Source of the DNA: Myxococcales bacterium
Lineage (GTDB): Bacteria > Myxococcota > Myxococcia > Myxococcales > UBA5297
Direction of reading: 5' to 3'
Length of the DNA: 64,000 nucleotides
NCBI GenBank assembly: GCA_037442205.1
Contig: JBBIQS010000039.1
Location: 6,102-70,101 of the forward strand
Shown here: piece by piece, positions 63,761 to 64,000 of the stretch
How positions within the stretch are numbered: the stretch's first letter is position 1
Layout: the number at the start of each line of letters is the position of its first letter
Made by a program: the position numbers and the translations under genes
The notes under the pieces: model-generated
What the model was told of the DNA's origin: nothing
The model's input: only the letters and a program-made list of their open reading frames with translations
Database searches by the model: none

Positions 63761-64000
63761 ATGAAACGAGCCCTCCCCGTCGCGCTGTTGTGCGGTTGTG
63801 CCTCGGCGCCGGTCGCCAAGACCGGGTTTCCCAGCAACCTGCCCGCACTCCCCAGAGCTGCTCCCACCATGGTCCAGGAATCTCAGCACGGCGCCGATGT
63901 CTCCGATCCATTCCGGTGGCTCGAGGACGAGAAAGCCAAGCCGGTGCAGGAATGGATGTCGGCCCAGGATGCCGGCGCCCGCGCGCGCCTGGCGGTCTTG
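63761..64000 (+). CDS. Prolyl oligopeptidase (S9A) lipoprotein, N-terminal fragment running off the window end
   Basis: The lipobox is MKRALPVALLCGCAS. The DPFRWLEDEKAKPVQEWMSAQ segment is the characteristic N-terminal motif of prolyl endopeptidases. Confidence 0.7.
   Translation, partial: MKRALPVALLCGCASAPVAKTGFPSNLPALPRAAPTMVQESQHGADVSDPFRWLEDEKAKPVQEWMSAQDAGARARLAVL

Overview
This is a 64-kb, very GC-rich chromosomal segment; G/C dominates third codon positions, and I judged GC by eye rather than computing it. Gene content looks like Myxococcota, possibly Anaeromyxobacter-like: Ser/Thr kinase-WD40 fusions, Cys-rich lipoproteins, DUF4388, and many multihaem cytochromes. That taxonomic call is an inference. 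I support about 52 CDS and one tRNA. I saw no rRNA, CRISPR array, transposase, integrase or phage genes. Because of the GC content, nearly every real gene is shadowed by long Arg/Gly/Pro/Ala-rich ORFs in other frames. I called genes by recognisable protein families, signal peptides, RBS spacing and start/stop coupling. The housekeeping core is rpsU-yqeY-dnaG-rpoD, a terminator, a tRNA(CAT), a DUF164 zinc-ribbon gene and an RNase H gene. Other housekeeping genes are gdhA, an Fe-alcohol dehydrogenase, hppA, ansA, truD, tnaA and an RlmI-like methyltransferase. The window is unusually dense in respiratory and redox modules, and five loci stand out. (1) At 37945-43832 (- strand), a tightly coupled six-gene operon joins a split CbcL-like quinol dehydrogenase (9-haem cytochrome c plus dihaem cytochrome b) to an M56 metalloprotease, a single-pass protein, a Cache histidine kinase with a periplasmic CxxCH motif, and a NarL-type regulator. 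(2) At 51008-55888 (- strand), a Rieske protein and a cytochrome b6-like domain fused to an 11-haem cytochrome c sit directly behind a sigma-54 activator with Cys-cluster PAS domains. (3) At 44833-51006 (+ strand) lies an arsR-psrABC-like-yeeE-yeeE-rhodanese operon. (4) At 29939-32991 lies a DsbA / cytochrome c'-like / cytochrome c cluster. (5) At 14446-16383 lies a RegB/RegA-like pair. Other items worth a second look are two tandem paralogous small membrane proteins of unknown family, a lipoprotein built from disintegrin-like Cys repeats next to a transmembrane kinase with about 14 predicted periplasmic WD40 blades, and an H+-PPase with N- and C-terminal extensions. All functional assignments rest on my reading of the translations. 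No database search was run.
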